This document shows, one piece after another, positions 28,634-39,145 of a DNA stretch of 64,000 bases (positions within the stretch are counted from its first letter, which is position 1; each line of letters begins with the position of its first letter). The notes under the pieces were generated by a model. It was not told the origin of the DNA. It ran no database searches and worked only from the letters and a program-made list of their open reading frames with translations. The stretch is taken from the NCBI GenBank assembly GCA_033763315.1, contig JANRKS010000008.1, forward strand, positions 96,001-160,000, in the 5' to 3' direction. The translations under genes were made by a program, and so were the position numbers. This DNA is from Deltaproteobacteria bacterium. Lineage in GTDB: Bacteria; Myxococcota_A; Polyangia; Fen-1088.

Positions 28634-29794
28634 ATGGTTCCTATTTCATATAACCTGCGCAATCTGAAGGTTCGCAAGACCACCAGTGCCGCCGCTGCGT
28701 TCGGGCTAGCGTTGGTCGTGTTCGTCTTTGCTTCGGTCTTGATGTTGTCGAACGGCATCCAGAAAACGTTGGGGCGCTCGGCAAGTTCCGATGTGGCCAT
28801 CGTGCTGCGCAAAGGCGCCACGGCCGAGATTGAAAGTGTGATTGAAGAGTCCAGCGTCAATCTGGTGCTCAATGACACCGCCCTGCCAGCCCCCGCATCG
28901 GGGCCCCGCGGTGTGTCCGAATTGGTGGTTGTGATCTTGCTCGACAAGATCGGCGCCAGTGGCGTTTCGAACGCACAGGTGCGAGGCATAAGCCCAGACA
29001 CCCTGGCCTTTCGATCCAGCGTCAAAATCGTTGAAGGACGTGCGGCTCAACAGGGGTCCGACGAAGTTGTGATTGGCAAAGCGGTGGCGGGACGGTTCAA
29101 GGGGCTATCCCTGGGCGAATCGTTCGAGCTTAAGAAAAACCGCCCCGTGAAGGTTGTGGGTATTTTCGCGGACGGGGGATCTTCCCTTGAGTCGGAAGTG
29201 TGGGCTGATATCGACACCGTGCGCACGTCGTTTAAGCGCGAAGGTTACACGTCGGCCGTTCGTGTCCGTGTGCAACCTGCAGCGTTTGACGCATACAAGA
29301 CCAGCATCGAGTCGAATCGTCAGCTCAACATGCAGGTGCTCAAGGAGTCTGAGTATTTCGACAAACAGTCTGAAGGCACGGCGATGTTCATCACAGCGCT
29401 GGGCATAATGATCGCTGTGTTCTTCTCGATTGGCGCGATGTTGGGCGCCATGATCACGATGCATGGTGCCGTGGCCAACCGACAGCGTGAAATCGGAACG
29501 TTGCGCGCCTTGGGCTTCTCGAAAACCAGCATCTTGTTCTCCTTCTTGCTCGAGTCGATCATCTTATCGATCATTGGCGGCGGAATTGGAGCGATTGCCT
29601 CGTTAGCCATGGGTTTCGTAAGTTTCTCGATGGTGAACTTCGCCAGCTGGTCCGAAATTGTGTTTCGTTTCGAACCCGAGGCGGGCGTGATTGTGGGCTC
29701 GATGATCTTTGCCTCGGTGATGGGTTTGGTGGGAGGCTTCTTGCCCGCCATCAGAGCATCGCGGATCAACCCGATCGAAGCCATGCGGGCGTGA
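28634..29794 (+). CDS. ABC transporter permease (MacB/FtsX-type)
   Basis: Motifs RQREIGTLRALGF and PAIRASRINPIEAMR. Confidence 0.9.
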   Translation: MVPISYNLRNLKVRKTTSAAAAFGLALVVFVFASVLMLSNGIQKTLGRSASSDVAIVLRKGATAEIESVIEESSVNLVLNDTALPAPASGPRGVSELVVVILLDKIGASGVSNAQVRGISPDTLAFRSSVKIVEGRAAQQGSDEVVIGKAVAGRFKGLSLGESFELKKNRPVKVVGIFADGGSSLESEVWADIDTVRTSFKREGYTSAVRVRVQPAAFDAYKTSIESNRQLNMQVLKESEYFDKQSEGTAMFITALGIMIAVFFSIGAMLGAMITMHGAVANRQREIGTLRALGFSKTSILFSFLLESIILSIIGGGIGAIASLAMGFVSFSMVNFASWSEIVFRFEPEAGVIVGSMIFASVMGLVGGFLPAIRASRINPIEAMRA

Positions 29795-29882
29795 ATCGGG
29801 TTAGCACCGTGTTGAGCTGCGCAGACGTGTCCAGCCAGAAAGCCCTGCGCGCCACGCTCCGGGCCGCCATTTAAGGTTCTGC

Positions 29883-30272
29883 ATGCACACGGAGACAGCT
29901 CGATATAACTCTGCGCTCGCGTCCGCCGATCGGGAAATCGCTCAGCTGCTGGCAGAGGCGATTGATCGTCATCTTCCCGAAGCCGAAAACAAGATCTGGC
30001 ACGCTCATCCGGTGTGGTTTCTCGATGGCAACCCGGTGGTTGGATACAGCAAGCTTAAAAGCTGCGTGCGTTTGCTGTTTTGGAGTGGCCAGTCGTTTGA
30101 GGAAGCTGGGTTAAAGCCGGAAGGCAAGTTCAAAGCGGCGGAAGCACGGTACTCCTCCGTTGACCAGATCGACCCCCAAAAGCTTCGGCGTTGGTTGGCG
30201 GAGGCGCGAGATGTTCAGTGGGACTACAAGAACATCGTGCGGCGCAAGGGCCGATTGGACCGCTTAAAGTAA
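29883..30272 (+). CDS. DUF1801 family protein
   Basis: Motifs KIWHAHPVWFLDGNPVVGY, LLFWSGQSFEE and QWDYKNIVRRKG. Confidence 0.82.
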   Translation: MHTETARYNSALASADREIAQLLAEAIDRHLPEAENKIWHAHPVWFLDGNPVVGYSKLKSCVRLLFWSGQSFEEAGLKPEGKFKAAEARYSSVDQIDPQKLRRWLAEARDVQWDYKNIVRRKGRLDRLK

Positions 30273-30300
30273 CACCAGGGCGGCGGACTGCTTTGCACCG

Positions 30301-31137
30301 ATGACGCGCGAGCGACTTTTCCTTCGGCTTGATGGCGACCCACTCTATGCGCCGGAAACTTCGGTGCCTCGCGGGACCATGAACGAGCTTGCGGTGCGCC
30401 CAGAGCTGCGCCAACACATCGCCCACATTGCCGTGTACCGCGAAACGCTGGCAACCGCGGTGGTTGAGCATGTTGTGCCCGACGGGGCTGTGCGACTCAT
30501 GTTTGACCTTGGCGCGGGAATGGGGCAGGCGCTGGTGGCAGGTCCGTCGGCGCAGCCCCTTGCCCTGCACCTGCAGGGAACGATGGCGGGCCTCACCGTG
30601 ACCTTGCGCCCAGGCGCGGCGGCCGAGCTGTTACTTACGCCCGCAGGCGAACTTCATGACCGTTGCCTACCGCTTCGTGAGTTCAAGGGGTTTGACATCG
30701 ATGAACTAAGCGAACGGTTGTTCGTCGCCCGCGACGATGCCGAAAGGGCGATGCTTGTGCAAACAACCCTGCGAAGTCGGCTGGCTGGCGATCACGCTTC
30801 CGAACGCGACCGCACCCTCCGTGCACTTGCAGTGTTGTCGAGCAGCCGTCGTACGCTGGGTGAGGCTTCAGAGTCGGTAGGCGTCGGTGAGCGCCGCCTG
30901 CAGCAGATCTTCGAGCAAAACGTTGGGCTTTCGCCACGGCTTTACCGCAGGCTCATCCGCGTGCATGAATGCTTACGGGCCCTGCGGAAGAACCGGCAAC
31001 CGCGCTGGCCCCAGCTTGCGCTCGAGCATGGCTTTTCCGACCAAGCGCACCTTTCGCGTGAGTTTCGTGCGTTCACAGGTGTGCCTCCCACCGAATTTCT
31101 GGCGCGCGTTTCGGGTTCTTTCAAGACGACAGGGTGA
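30301..31137 (+). CDS. AraC-family transcriptional regulator
   Basis: N-terminal VVPDG and a C-terminal double HTH (ERRLQQIFEQNVGLSP, GFSDQAHLSREFRAFTGVPP). Confidence 0.9.
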   Translation: MTRERLFLRLDGDPLYAPETSVPRGTMNELAVRPELRQHIAHIAVYRETLATAVVEHVVPDGAVRLMFDLGAGMGQALVAGPSAQPLALHLQGTMAGLTVTLRPGAAAELLLTPAGELHDRCLPLREFKGFDIDELSERLFVARDDAERAMLVQTTLRSRLAGDHASERDRTLRALAVLSSSRRTLGEASESVGVGERRLQQIFEQNVGLSPRLYRRLIRVHECLRALRKNRQPRWPQLALEHGFSDQAHLSREFRAFTGVPPTEFLARVSGSFKTTG

Positions 31138-31158
31138 CCTTGGCGCACCGTATTGGGT

Positions 31159-32085
31159 ATGCAAAGCAAGAACGTTGGAAAAGAGGCGCCCTTGGCAGGG
31201 CGGGTGGCGCTGGTGACTGGGGCCAGCCGTGGTGCGGGCAAGGGCATTGCGATTGAACTTGGTGCGGCGGGTGCCACCGTGTACGTCACCGGCCGCAGCA
31301 CCCGACGCGATGGCTCGCCCTCGAGCTATGCGGACATCATGCGGCTATCAAATTTGTCGTTCCTGCCGGGCACCATTGATGACACGGCCGATGAGGTCAC
31401 ACGTGCTGGCGGCCGAGGTGTGCCTTGCGTATGTGATCACTCTCGGGATGATCAGGTGGCAGCGTTGTTCGAGCGCATACTACGTGATGAAGGCCGCCTT
31501 GATGTGCTTGTGAACAACGCTTGGGGAGGCCACGAAGCGTTCGACGGCGTGTTCGAAGCGCCGTTTTGGGAGCGGCCGCTTGGCGAATGGGACGCGATGA
31601 TGGATCGTGGCGTGCGCAACCATTGGCTTGCCAGCCGTCACGCGGCGCCTTTGTTCGTCAAGCAGCGCAGCGGACTGGTGGTGACGACCACGTTCTGGGA
31701 TCGGGGGCGCTACCTTCACGGCAACCTGATGTACGATCTCGCCAAATCCGCGATGAGCCGGCTGGCGTTTGCCATTGCCGAAGAACTGCGCGACCACGGT
31801 GCAACTTCCGTTGCCCTATCGCCGGGGTGGATGCGCACAGAGCTTGTCCTCGCCGGGCACAACACAGACGAGCAGCGATGGCAGGAGGTGCCCGCGCTTG
31901 CGGGGACTGAATCGCCGCGCTACCTCGGCCGTGCCGTGGTGGCCCTGGCCTGTGACTCCGGCACGCAGGCACGCACGGGCCAAACACTGCGCGTGGCCGA
32001 TCTCGCACGTGAGCTAGGTTTTACCGATGTGGACGGACGCTGGGTGCCATCTTTTGAATTGCCTGAACGGCAGGGCACGCCGTAG
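31159..32085 (+). CDS. SDR-family oxidoreductase
   Basis: Motifs TGASRGAG, LDVLVNNA, YxxxK (YDLAK) and SPGWMRTE. Confidence 0.92.
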   Translation: MQSKNVGKEAPLAGRVALVTGASRGAGKGIAIELGAAGATVYVTGRSTRRDGSPSSYADIMRLSNLSFLPGTIDDTADEVTRAGGRGVPCVCDHSRDDQVAALFERILRDEGRLDVLVNNAWGGHEAFDGVFEAPFWERPLGEWDAMMDRGVRNHWLASRHAAPLFVKQRSGLVVTTTFWDRGRYLHGNLMYDLAKSAMSRLAFAIAEELRDHGATSVALSPGWMRTELVLAGHNTDEQRWQEVPALAGTESPRYLGRAVVALACDSGTQARTGQTLRVADLARELGFTDVDGRWVPSFELPERQGTP

Positions 32086-32114
32086 AGCGGCTTGAGGCAC
32101 GACGTTGGTGTCGC

Positions 32115-34928
32115 TTAAGGCGCTTCTGACACACGCTCTGCGTCGCCTACCAGACGCAACCCCACGGGCAGCGCTTCCCCAAGCGCGATGTAAGCTTCGC
32201 GCGTCTCAAGCTCAACAACTTCAGTCACCATGCGGGCGGTTCGCTCTGCGCCCACGATGCCGCGCAAGCGCTGCCCCAGCCGCTCTCGCGTCGCTTCATT
32301 GATGTCGCGGCTGCGATCGTCCGTGCGGCGTCCCAGCTGCGCCATCGGAAACGCAGGCTTTCCAGACTCAGGCCAATCCACGGCGATCAAAGCTTCGATC
32401 CAGTCGCTCACGCGCGCGGGGGGCACCACGGTGTCAAGCGGGCCGTACAAAGGCACGCGTGCGCCCAAACGGCCGAGCGCCCAGAAATAGCCGGCCTCAC
32501 CGCGCACCCGTTTGCTCTCGATCATGCGACGTACCAACTCATCACCCAGCACCGCCTTCTGCGCCGCCGTGCAACGTTCAAGGTTGCCCAAACACCGCAG
32601 CATCTCGGCGGCTTCTTGGGGGCTGGGCTTCATTTCGTACCAGCGCTTCTTGCCCTGGCTGCTGGGCAAGAACAGCTGCGCCAACCGCAAGTACAGTTGA
32701 TGTTGTTGCCCTTTGTTCAAACCGCCGGCAATGCGCCGCCACGTGATCCACCAACCCAGGCGGCACGCTTCATCTTTGGGGTGTTGCAGATCTTGGTGAA
32801 ACACCACGCCCCACATTTGTTTGGCGCGCCATTCGTCGGCGGGTGCGCCGCAACCGGGGCGCAAGCAGAAGCCTGCGAGGTTGAGCCAACGCGCCTCGTG
32901 TTGGGCTGATTTGGTTCTAGCTTCCACCACCTCAAAAGCCGCATCAAAAAGCGCCCGCGCCACGCTCATGGACCATTGCTCGCGCGGCGTGCCCAGCACT
33001 TGCTCAAGGGACTTGATCAAACCGGGGATGGCGTCGGGTTGATCTTGAAATGCTGACTTGATCAAGCCCTGCGCTTGCAACACCTGCGGCTCGATCGATT
33101 CGGACTCGCCTACTTGTGCTTCTTGTTGTTGCACGCCGCCCGAACGCATGTCGAACGACAGCTTCCAGCGCAGCGGTTCGTTGCCCTCGCTGGCGTTGCT
33201 CTGTCGGCACCACAAATCAAGCGTGCCCATCTCGGTGGTGTGAACCTCGATCTGAACGTTTACCTGGGTGTGGCCGGGCGCGCGCGCGACTGTCACAAGC
33301 GGGGGCAATTCAAGCAAGTCGCTGCCGTCATCGATCGTTTCGGCCAAACCATCGCCGGCCGATACAACGGTGCCCGGCAGATCTTCCCTTGTGGTGGACG
33401 AGAACAAACGGAAACTCACGGGTCGGTTGGTGAGCAACACGAAGCTTCGATCCAGCTTCACCGATTGCCCGTCTTCAAGACCGCGCGGCGCCAAACACAC
33501 GGCCCGTTCTGCACCGTCGCTGCGGCCCACGCCGATGTAAAAGCTGCGCGCCGTTCCGCCGCCAATGCGTGCGCCCAGACCGCGACGAACAAGACCGTAG
33601 TAGCTTGCCCCTTCGGCCACCGCCAATTCTGGCCGCAGACTCACAAGCTCACGCGGCGCGGGCGCGTCCGGTTGCCACACAGCCAACTGTTCGATCACGC
33701 GTTTGCGCAGCGACAGCGGCGTCATAGCGCCACCGTTGAAAAGCACGGCGTCCACACGATTGACGTTGTGGCGCTGGAGGAACGACCCCAAGTGGCGTGT
33801 GATGGCCGGGTCGGCGGCATACGGCAAACCGTATTCTTGCAGGCCGCTGCGCGTGCGCTTGCGCGGCTCTTCTTTGCGCACCAAAGGAAAGAACCCATCG
33901 AACAACGTGCGCGAAATCAGATCGCGTGAAAGCTCGGTGGCAAGCGTGCCACCAATCAGCTTGGAACCGCGGCCAGGGATTGTGATCGGCAACGCTTTGC
34001 CACTTTCGTCGGCAAGCAGCTTCTCTTTGCCGAGGCGGCACGCATGCACCAAGGCGTGCCACTGCACAGAATCCAGCTTTTTGCCGCCACCACTTTCAGT
34101 GAGCGGTGCTTCCAGCCACTTCGCGAGAGTGAGATCGATGTTGTCGCCACCCAGCAACAAATGCTCGCCCACGGCGACGCGCTCGAAGCTTTCACCATCT
34201 TCACCAACGGTAATGATCGTGAAGTCGCTGGTGCCACCCCCCACATCAAAAACCAAAACCGTGTCGCCCGCAGCAAGCTGCGTTTTGCTGGCGCGCGCGT
34301 GAATCCACGCGTAAAAAGCCGCCTGCGGCTCTTCCAGCAAAACCAGGTGAGGCAAGCCCGCTTTTTGCGCGGCGGCCACCGTTAACTCGCGGGCCACTTC
34401 ATCGAAGGAAGCGGGCACCGTCACGATCACCTCCTGGTCGGCGAACAGTGTGCCTTCTTGCTGCTTCCACGCATGATCCCACGCGTGCGCCACATGCGAG
34501 AGGATCTGCGCCGACGCGTCCACCGGCGACAATTTACGGCCTTCGTTGACGCCCCAAGGAAGGATAGGCGCCTCACGATTAACACCCGCGTGGCACAACC
34601 ACGACTTGGCCGAAGCGATCATGTTCTGCGGCTGCCGCGCGCCTTCATTTCGGGCCAGCTCGCCCACGAAAGCGGCCGGTGCTGCCTGGCCCTCGGCTTG
34701 CGCGTTGTTGTGCCACGGCAGCGTTACCTGCGCCCGCGTAAAGTCATGGCCTGACAACAGGTAAACGAACGACGGCAGCTGCGTGCGTGTTGCCACTTCA
34801 CCGGCGGCGATGAGTTGCGGTATGGCAAACACTTGCACGCGCTGGTCGGCGGCCTGCATGTCAACAAACGCCACCGCTGTGTTTGTGGTGCCAAGGTCGA
34901 TGCCGATAACAAAACGAGACTGTTTCAC
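32115..34928 (-). CDS. Atypical Hsp70-family protein with C-terminal helical domain (DUF3731-like)
   Basis: NBD motifs GIDLGTTN, TVPASF, LEEPQAA, DVGGGTSDF and LGGDNID. The C-terminal WLNLAGFCLRPG and WALGRLGARVPLYG region replaces the DnaK lid. Confidence 0.85.
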   Translation of the reverse strand: MKQSRFVIGIDLGTTNTAVAFVDMQAADQRVQVFAIPQLIAAGEVATRTQLPSFVYLLSGHDFTRAQVTLPWHNNAQAEGQAAPAAFVGELARNEGARQPQNMIASAKSWLCHAGVNREAPILPWGVNEGRKLSPVDASAQILSHVAHAWDHAWKQQEGTLFADQEVIVTVPASFDEVARELTVAAAQKAGLPHLVLLEEPQAAFYAWIHARASKTQLAAGDTVLVFDVGGGTSDFTIITVGEDGESFERVAVGEHLLLGGDNIDLTLAKWLEAPLTESGGGKKLDSVQWHALVHACRLGKEKLLADESGKALPITIPGRGSKLIGGTLATELSRDLISRTLFDGFFPLVRKEEPRKRTRSGLQEYGLPYAADPAITRHLGSFLQRHNVNRVDAVLFNGGAMTPLSLRKRVIEQLAVWQPDAPAPRELVSLRPELAVAEGASYYGLVRRGLGARIGGGTARSFYIGVGRSDGAERAVCLAPRGLEDGQSVKLDRSFVLLTNRPVSFRLFSSTTREDLPGTVVSAGDGLAETIDDGSDLLELPPLVTVARAPGHTQVNVQIEVHTTEMGTLDLWCRQSNASEGNEPLRWKLSFDMRSGGVQQQEAQVGESESIEPQVLQAQGLIKSAFQDQPDAIPGLIKSLEQVLGTPREQWSMSVARALFDAAFEVVEARTKSAQHEARWLNLAGFCLRPGCGAPADEWRAKQMWGVVFHQDLQHPKDEACRLGWWITWRRIAGGLNKGQQHQLYLRLAQLFLPSSQGKKRWYEMKPSPQEAAEMLRCLGNLERCTAAQKAVLGDELVRRMIESKRVRGEAGYFWALGRLGARVPLYGPLDTVVPPARVSDWIEALIAVDWPESGKPAFPMAQLGRRTDDRSRDINEATRERLGQRLRGIVGAERTARMVTEVVELETREAYIALGEALPVGLRLVGDAERVSEAP

Positions 34929-36757
34929 CGATCTTCCTTGTGGCGAACCGAGTATTCAAGCTTCCATCGGCCCTCGTTGTGGGCGCCCATCGCGTCACGC
35001 GACACACACCAAAGCTCTAGCGTGCCAAGTTCAGTCACACGCGATTCAAGCGCCACCGGGATGGCGTCACCCGTGTGCGCATCACCACTGGCGGGAAGCA
35101 GGGTGTGCACGGGTGCAAGTTCAACTAGTTCTGCTTGCTCTGGATCCACAAGCGTTCCAGCAACATCTTGCTTGCGTTCGCTGGAGGCGAAGAAACGAAA
35201 TTCCGCTGTCTCACCCACCACCAACCCCAGATCTTCTTCAGGCAGCTTCACCGCGGTGCCCTCCTCCATGCCGAAGGGCGCCACACACAACGCCTTGATC
35301 GGCGGAGGGAATCCCGGAATGGCCGGCCTCGCAGACTCGATGCCGATGTAATAAGCGCGCGCCGTGCCCCCTCGAATGCGGATGCCCCTGCCCTGCCGAA
35401 CCAAGCCGTAGTAGACCGCACCCAACGCCACCGCCATATCCAAGTCGGTGCCGGTGAGAATGGGCGTGTCGTTGCGTCCGGCCCATAGACCCACTGCCTG
35501 GGTCACGCGATCACGCAGCAAAGGTGATTGCATGACGCCGCCGTTGAACAACACGGCGCTTGGTCGTTGCCCGTGCCTCGATAGAAATTCGGCCAGATGT
35601 CGCGTCACTGCAGCATCATTTGCATAGGGAAGGCCGAGTTCTCTTAAGCCCGCGCCGCGGCGCTTGAGCGGCCGCGCGTCCGCGGGCACGAACGGGAAGA
35701 AACCCTCAAGCACAAAATGATGAACCTGCTCTTGCGTTAACTCGGTACGCAAAGTGCCACCGATGAGCTTGGTGCTGCGGCCAAGAATCGTGATCGGCAC
35801 CGAGGGGGGTGGCTGTGATGACAAGAGTTGCTCTTTGGCGCGCCGGCAGGCGAACACCAGAGCGCGGTGTTGCATCGGTGAAAGCTTGGCGCCCGCCTCG
35901 CCCAGTTGCTGCATGCACAGGTGGGCCAGCGCCAGATCCATGTTGTCGCCGCCAAGCAAGATGTGGTCACCCACCGCCACCCGCTCAAGCGCCAGGTTGC
36001 CTGTGCCGTCATCGTTGGCCTTGATGATAGAGAAGTCGGTGGTGCCACCTCCCACGTCGCACACCAGTACCGAGTCATTCGGCTTAAGGCGTTGCCTCCA
36101 CGCGTCTTGGCTGTGAGCGAGCCACGCATAAAAGGCGGCCTGCGGCTCTTCGAGCAACGTGACGTTTTCGAGACCGGCTTGCCGCGCGGCCACCATAGTC
36201 AGCTCCTTGGCCACGGCATCGAACGAAGCGGGCACGGTGACGAGAACGTCTTGCTCTTCAAGCGGCGCATCGGGGTGTGCATGGTTCCATGCGTCCCTAA
36301 TGTGCGAAAGGTACATCGAAGAGGCTTCAACCGGCGAAAGCCGCGCGCCTTCATCAGGTTGATCGAACTCTGCATCAGTTGATTGCACCTGGGCCCCGCG
36401 CCACGGCAGCAGAGCCGCCGTGCGATCGATTCCAGGATGCGACAGCCACGACTTAGCCGATGAAATCACCCGGTGTGGCAACTCGGCCCCGCGCTCACGC
36501 GCAAACAAACCCACTGTGTGCGAAGGTTCATCCACCCACGGCAATGACATCTCGCGCGCGGCCACTTCGTGTTCGCTGGGCAACAACAAGAACGAAGGCA
36601 GCGTGGCCTTGCTTTGCACAACCCCTGCGGCAACCGCTTGGGTGACGGCGAAAGGTTCAATGCGCGGCGGCCCTCCCTGTTCGAGAGCCGCCGTATCCAC
36701 GGCAGCCACCGCGCAATTGGTGGTGCCTAAATCAATCCCAACGATGAAACGAGCCAT
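34925..36757 (-). CDS. Atypical Hsp70-family protein
   Basis: ATG 36757 starts MARFIVGIDLGTTN. Also TVPASFD, EEPQAA, DVGGGTTDF and LGGDNMD. ATGA-type overlap with the paralog. Confidence 0.87.
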   Translation of the reverse strand: MARFIVGIDLGTTNCAVAAVDTAALEQGGPPRIEPFAVTQAVAAGVVQSKATLPSFLLLPSEHEVAAREMSLPWVDEPSHTVGLFARERGAELPHRVISSAKSWLSHPGIDRTAALLPWRGAQVQSTDAEFDQPDEGARLSPVEASSMYLSHIRDAWNHAHPDAPLEEQDVLVTVPASFDAVAKELTMVAARQAGLENVTLLEEPQAAFYAWLAHSQDAWRQRLKPNDSVLVCDVGGGTTDFSIIKANDDGTGNLALERVAVGDHILLGGDNMDLALAHLCMQQLGEAGAKLSPMQHRALVFACRRAKEQLLSSQPPPSVPITILGRSTKLIGGTLRTELTQEQVHHFVLEGFFPFVPADARPLKRRGAGLRELGLPYANDAAVTRHLAEFLSRHGQRPSAVLFNGGVMQSPLLRDRVTQAVGLWAGRNDTPILTGTDLDMAVALGAVYYGLVRQGRGIRIRGGTARAYYIGIESARPAIPGFPPPIKALCVAPFGMEEGTAVKLPEEDLGLVVGETAEFRFFASSERKQDVAGTLVDPEQAELVELAPVHTLLPASGDAHTGDAIPVALESRVTELGTLELWCVSRDAMGAHNEGRWKLEYSVRHKEDR

Positions 36758-36788
36758 CTGAGTGTCTTGTCCTATTTGGCAAACGCGC

Positions 36789-37376
36789 CTAAGCCACGCG
36801 CACTTCGGCAGGCGCAAGCACCCTTCGATCCACGCCGTCACTCAGATGAGGAAAGCGAACCTCCACGGCACGCCAGCCGTGATGAACCAGCGTGCCTCGA
36901 AACGGCGGTGCGCCGCGTGTTTCGCCTAAGAGCCGCACTTCTGCCGGATCAAACCCAGCCGGCACAACCACAGCCGATTCCTCTTGCCCTGGCAAAACCG
37001 GTTCAAGTTTCAAGTGCACCTCCAGCACCTTGCGGCAGCCCCGGTGCACGTCACGTACGGCCGCGCCAATGTCTTGATCGCGGTAGCCGTCGAGCGACTC
37101 ACGCATAAAGTCCACAAAACGACCCTCGCGCTGAAGCAATGACAGCAACGCCAAGGCGCCTTCGCCTCTGAGACCGGCTTTATCCACGTTCGCGTTCACA
37201 GGCTTGGCCGGCGGGGGCTGGGCGGGCACGAGCTCAACGACGGGAAGAGGCGTTGGTGGGGGCGGGGCAGGCGACGGCCGCAGCTCTTCCGGCAAGAACG
37301 GCGCGATTTGAGGGGGCAAACGCCCGCGAAACAGCAAGGCAAAGAAACAGACGAAGGCCAGGTAGATTCTAGTCAT
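36789..37376 (-). CDS. DUF2760 family protein (GrpE-like C-terminus)
   Basis: Motifs ALALLSLLQREGRFVDF, IGAAVRDVHRGC and PPFRGTLVHHGW...VLAPAEVRV. It lies upstream of two Hsp70 genes. Confidence 0.8.
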   Translation of the reverse strand: MTRIYLAFVCFFALLFRGRLPPQIAPFLPEELRPSPAPPPPTPLPVVELVPAQPPPAKPVNANVDKAGLRGEGALALLSLLQREGRFVDFMRESLDGYRDQDIGAAVRDVHRGCRKVLEVHLKLEPVLPGQEESAVVVPAGFDPAEVRLLGETRGAPPFRGTLVHHGWRAVEVRFPHLSDGVDRRVLAPAEVRVA

Positions 37377-37510
37377 GGGCGATCCGGGCGGTAGTTTGAC
37401 CACCAAGCGGCGCAGCACAAGGGGCAGGTGTGCGCCGCCCTAACTCAACGCGGCTTTGGGACGAGGCCATTTGCTTTGCACCTTCGCCCCCGTAGCGCTA
37501 TGACCGCGGC

Positions 37511-38470
37511 GTGACGCCCATTCGGTATCAACGGCTTACCACTTTCGTCATTTTGGCCAACTTGGCCGTCATCGTCTGGGGCGCCTTCGTGCGCGCGTCG
37601 GGCTCGGGGGCCGGGTGTGGCAACCACTGGCCCATGTGCAACGGCCAGGTGCTGCCGGCGATGGGAAGCACAAAGACGATGATCGAGTTTACCCACCGGG
37701 TAACGTCGGGCCTCGCTTTGATTGGCGTGGTTCTGCAATATGTCTTCGCGCGACGCTTGTTCGCCAAAGGCACCGCCGCGCGGCGAGCTGCGGGCTTTGC
37801 GCTCCTGTTCATCGTGACCGAAGCGTTGGTGGGTGCGGGCTTGGTGCTATTCGAGATGGTGGCGCACAACAAATCGGTGGCGCGTGCGTGGTGGATGACG
37901 GCGCACCTGCTCAACACGTTCGCTTTGGTGGCGGCGTTGACGCTCGCGTGGTGGCACGCGCGCCCGCGCAAGCCCTTGGTGTTGCCCACGCATCGCTATG
38001 TCGCGCTTTCGAATCTGTGTTTGGCGGGCGTCACCATTGTGGCCCTGTCGGGAGCGATCGCGGCCTTGGGCGATACATTATTTCCTGCGTCAAGCTTGGC
38101 CGCGGGCTTTGCCCACGACTTCATCGCCACGGCGCACCTGTTTGTGCGTTTGCGCATCTGGCACCCATTCTTGGCCGTCAGTGTGGGCGCGTTGTTGCTT
38201 GCCGTCAGCGGCCGCTTGCTGCTGGCCGAGGGATTCGAAGGCGTACGCAACACGGCCACCGCCATAGCGGCGCTGGTGGTGTTGCAACTGTCGCTCGGCA
38301 TCGTGAATCTGTTGCTGTTGGCCCCGGTGCCGTTGCAGCTGATTCATCTGCTGGTGGCCGACCTGCTGTGGATGACGCTTGTGGTTTTGCGCGCGCAAAT
38401 GGGCGCTGCCGCGAAGCTGCCCCAAGTGGCCGGCGTGCACGTGCCGGCACCCCGCCTTCACACTTCTTAA
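37511..38470 (+). CDS. ctaA: Heme A synthase (COX15/CtaA)
   Basis: Motifs GAFVRASGSGAGC..WPMCNG and IEFTHR, with conserved His in TM helices. Confidence 0.87.
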   Translation: MTPIRYQRLTTFVILANLAVIVWGAFVRASGSGAGCGNHWPMCNGQVLPAMGSTKTMIEFTHRVTSGLALIGVVLQYVFARRLFAKGTAARRAAGFALLFIVTEALVGAGLVLFEMVAHNKSVARAWWMTAHLLNTFALVAALTLAWWHARPRKPLVLPTHRYVALSNLCLAGVTIVALSGAIAALGDTLFPASSLAAGFAHDFIATAHLFVRLRIWHPFLAVSVGALLLAVSGRLLLAEGFEGVRNTATAIAALVVLQLSLGIVNLLLLAPVPLQLIHLLVADLLWMTLVVLRAQMGAAAKLPQVAGVHVPAPRLHTS

Positions 38471-38554
38471 CACGCACCCGCGCAAGCCCTTAACACTGGG
38501 GCTGCATTGTTCTTCCTGTGGGCACAACGCCCAGAAACCACAGGAGATGAACAG

Positions 38555-39136
38555 ATGATTGGATGCGCGATTGTTGGTGGGCTGCTGTTTTTGGGTGCAG
38601 CCAAGATGATTCACCGCCACCGGTATGGTTATGCGTGCGGCGGCCGTTGGGCCAACCACGGCTGCCACGGCCATGCGCGGTTCGGCCACGGCTATGGCGG
38701 GCCCAGCGGCTTTGGCGGGTACGGCGGCAGCGAACATACAGGCGACATGAACGACCAAGGACCCGAAACCTGGGAGCGTGGAGGGCCCCCGCGGTGGATC
38801 TTGAACCGCGTGTTGTCGCGGCTGCAAACCAGCCCCTCGCAAAGCCGCGAAGTAACCGCCGCATTCGAGGAATTTACCGATGAAATCAAGGAGCTGCGTG
38901 GCGAGGGCAAACGCACGCGCGAAGATCTATCAAAGGCATTGCGCAACGCCGTGTTTGACGAAGTCCTGTTGGGTGAGCTTTACGCCCGCCACGACAACGT
39001 CATCGAAAAGGGGCGCAAGGCATTTGTGGGGCTGCTGGCGCGCGTTCATGGCGTGCTTGAAGAAGAACAGCGCGAGCGGTTGGCAGACCTGCTCGACAAA
39101 GGGCCGCGATTTTGGCGGCATCGGGCGAACTGGTAG
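38555..39136 (+). CDS. Spy/CpxP-like (periplasmic heavy-metal sensor-type) protein with His/Gly-rich segment
   Basis: AGGAG RBS, an N-terminal hydrophobic segment, RLQTSPSQ and VHGVLEEEQRERL (LTxxQ-like). It precedes an OmpR-family pair. Confidence 0.7.
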   Translation: MIGCAIVGGLLFLGAAKMIHRHRYGYACGGRWANHGCHGHARFGHGYGGPSGFGGYGGSEHTGDMNDQGPETWERGGPPRWILNRVLSRLQTSPSQSREVTAAFEEFTDEIKELRGEGKRTREDLSKALRNAVFDEVLLGELYARHDNVIEKGRKAFVGLLARVHGVLEEEQRERLADLLDKGPRFWRHRANW

Positions 39137-39145
39137 GCTAGGCCG

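Noticed and set aside
29883-32085. DUF1801-AraC-SDR block as a mobile island
   Set aside because: I saw no integrase, transposase, tRNA or flanking direct repeats.
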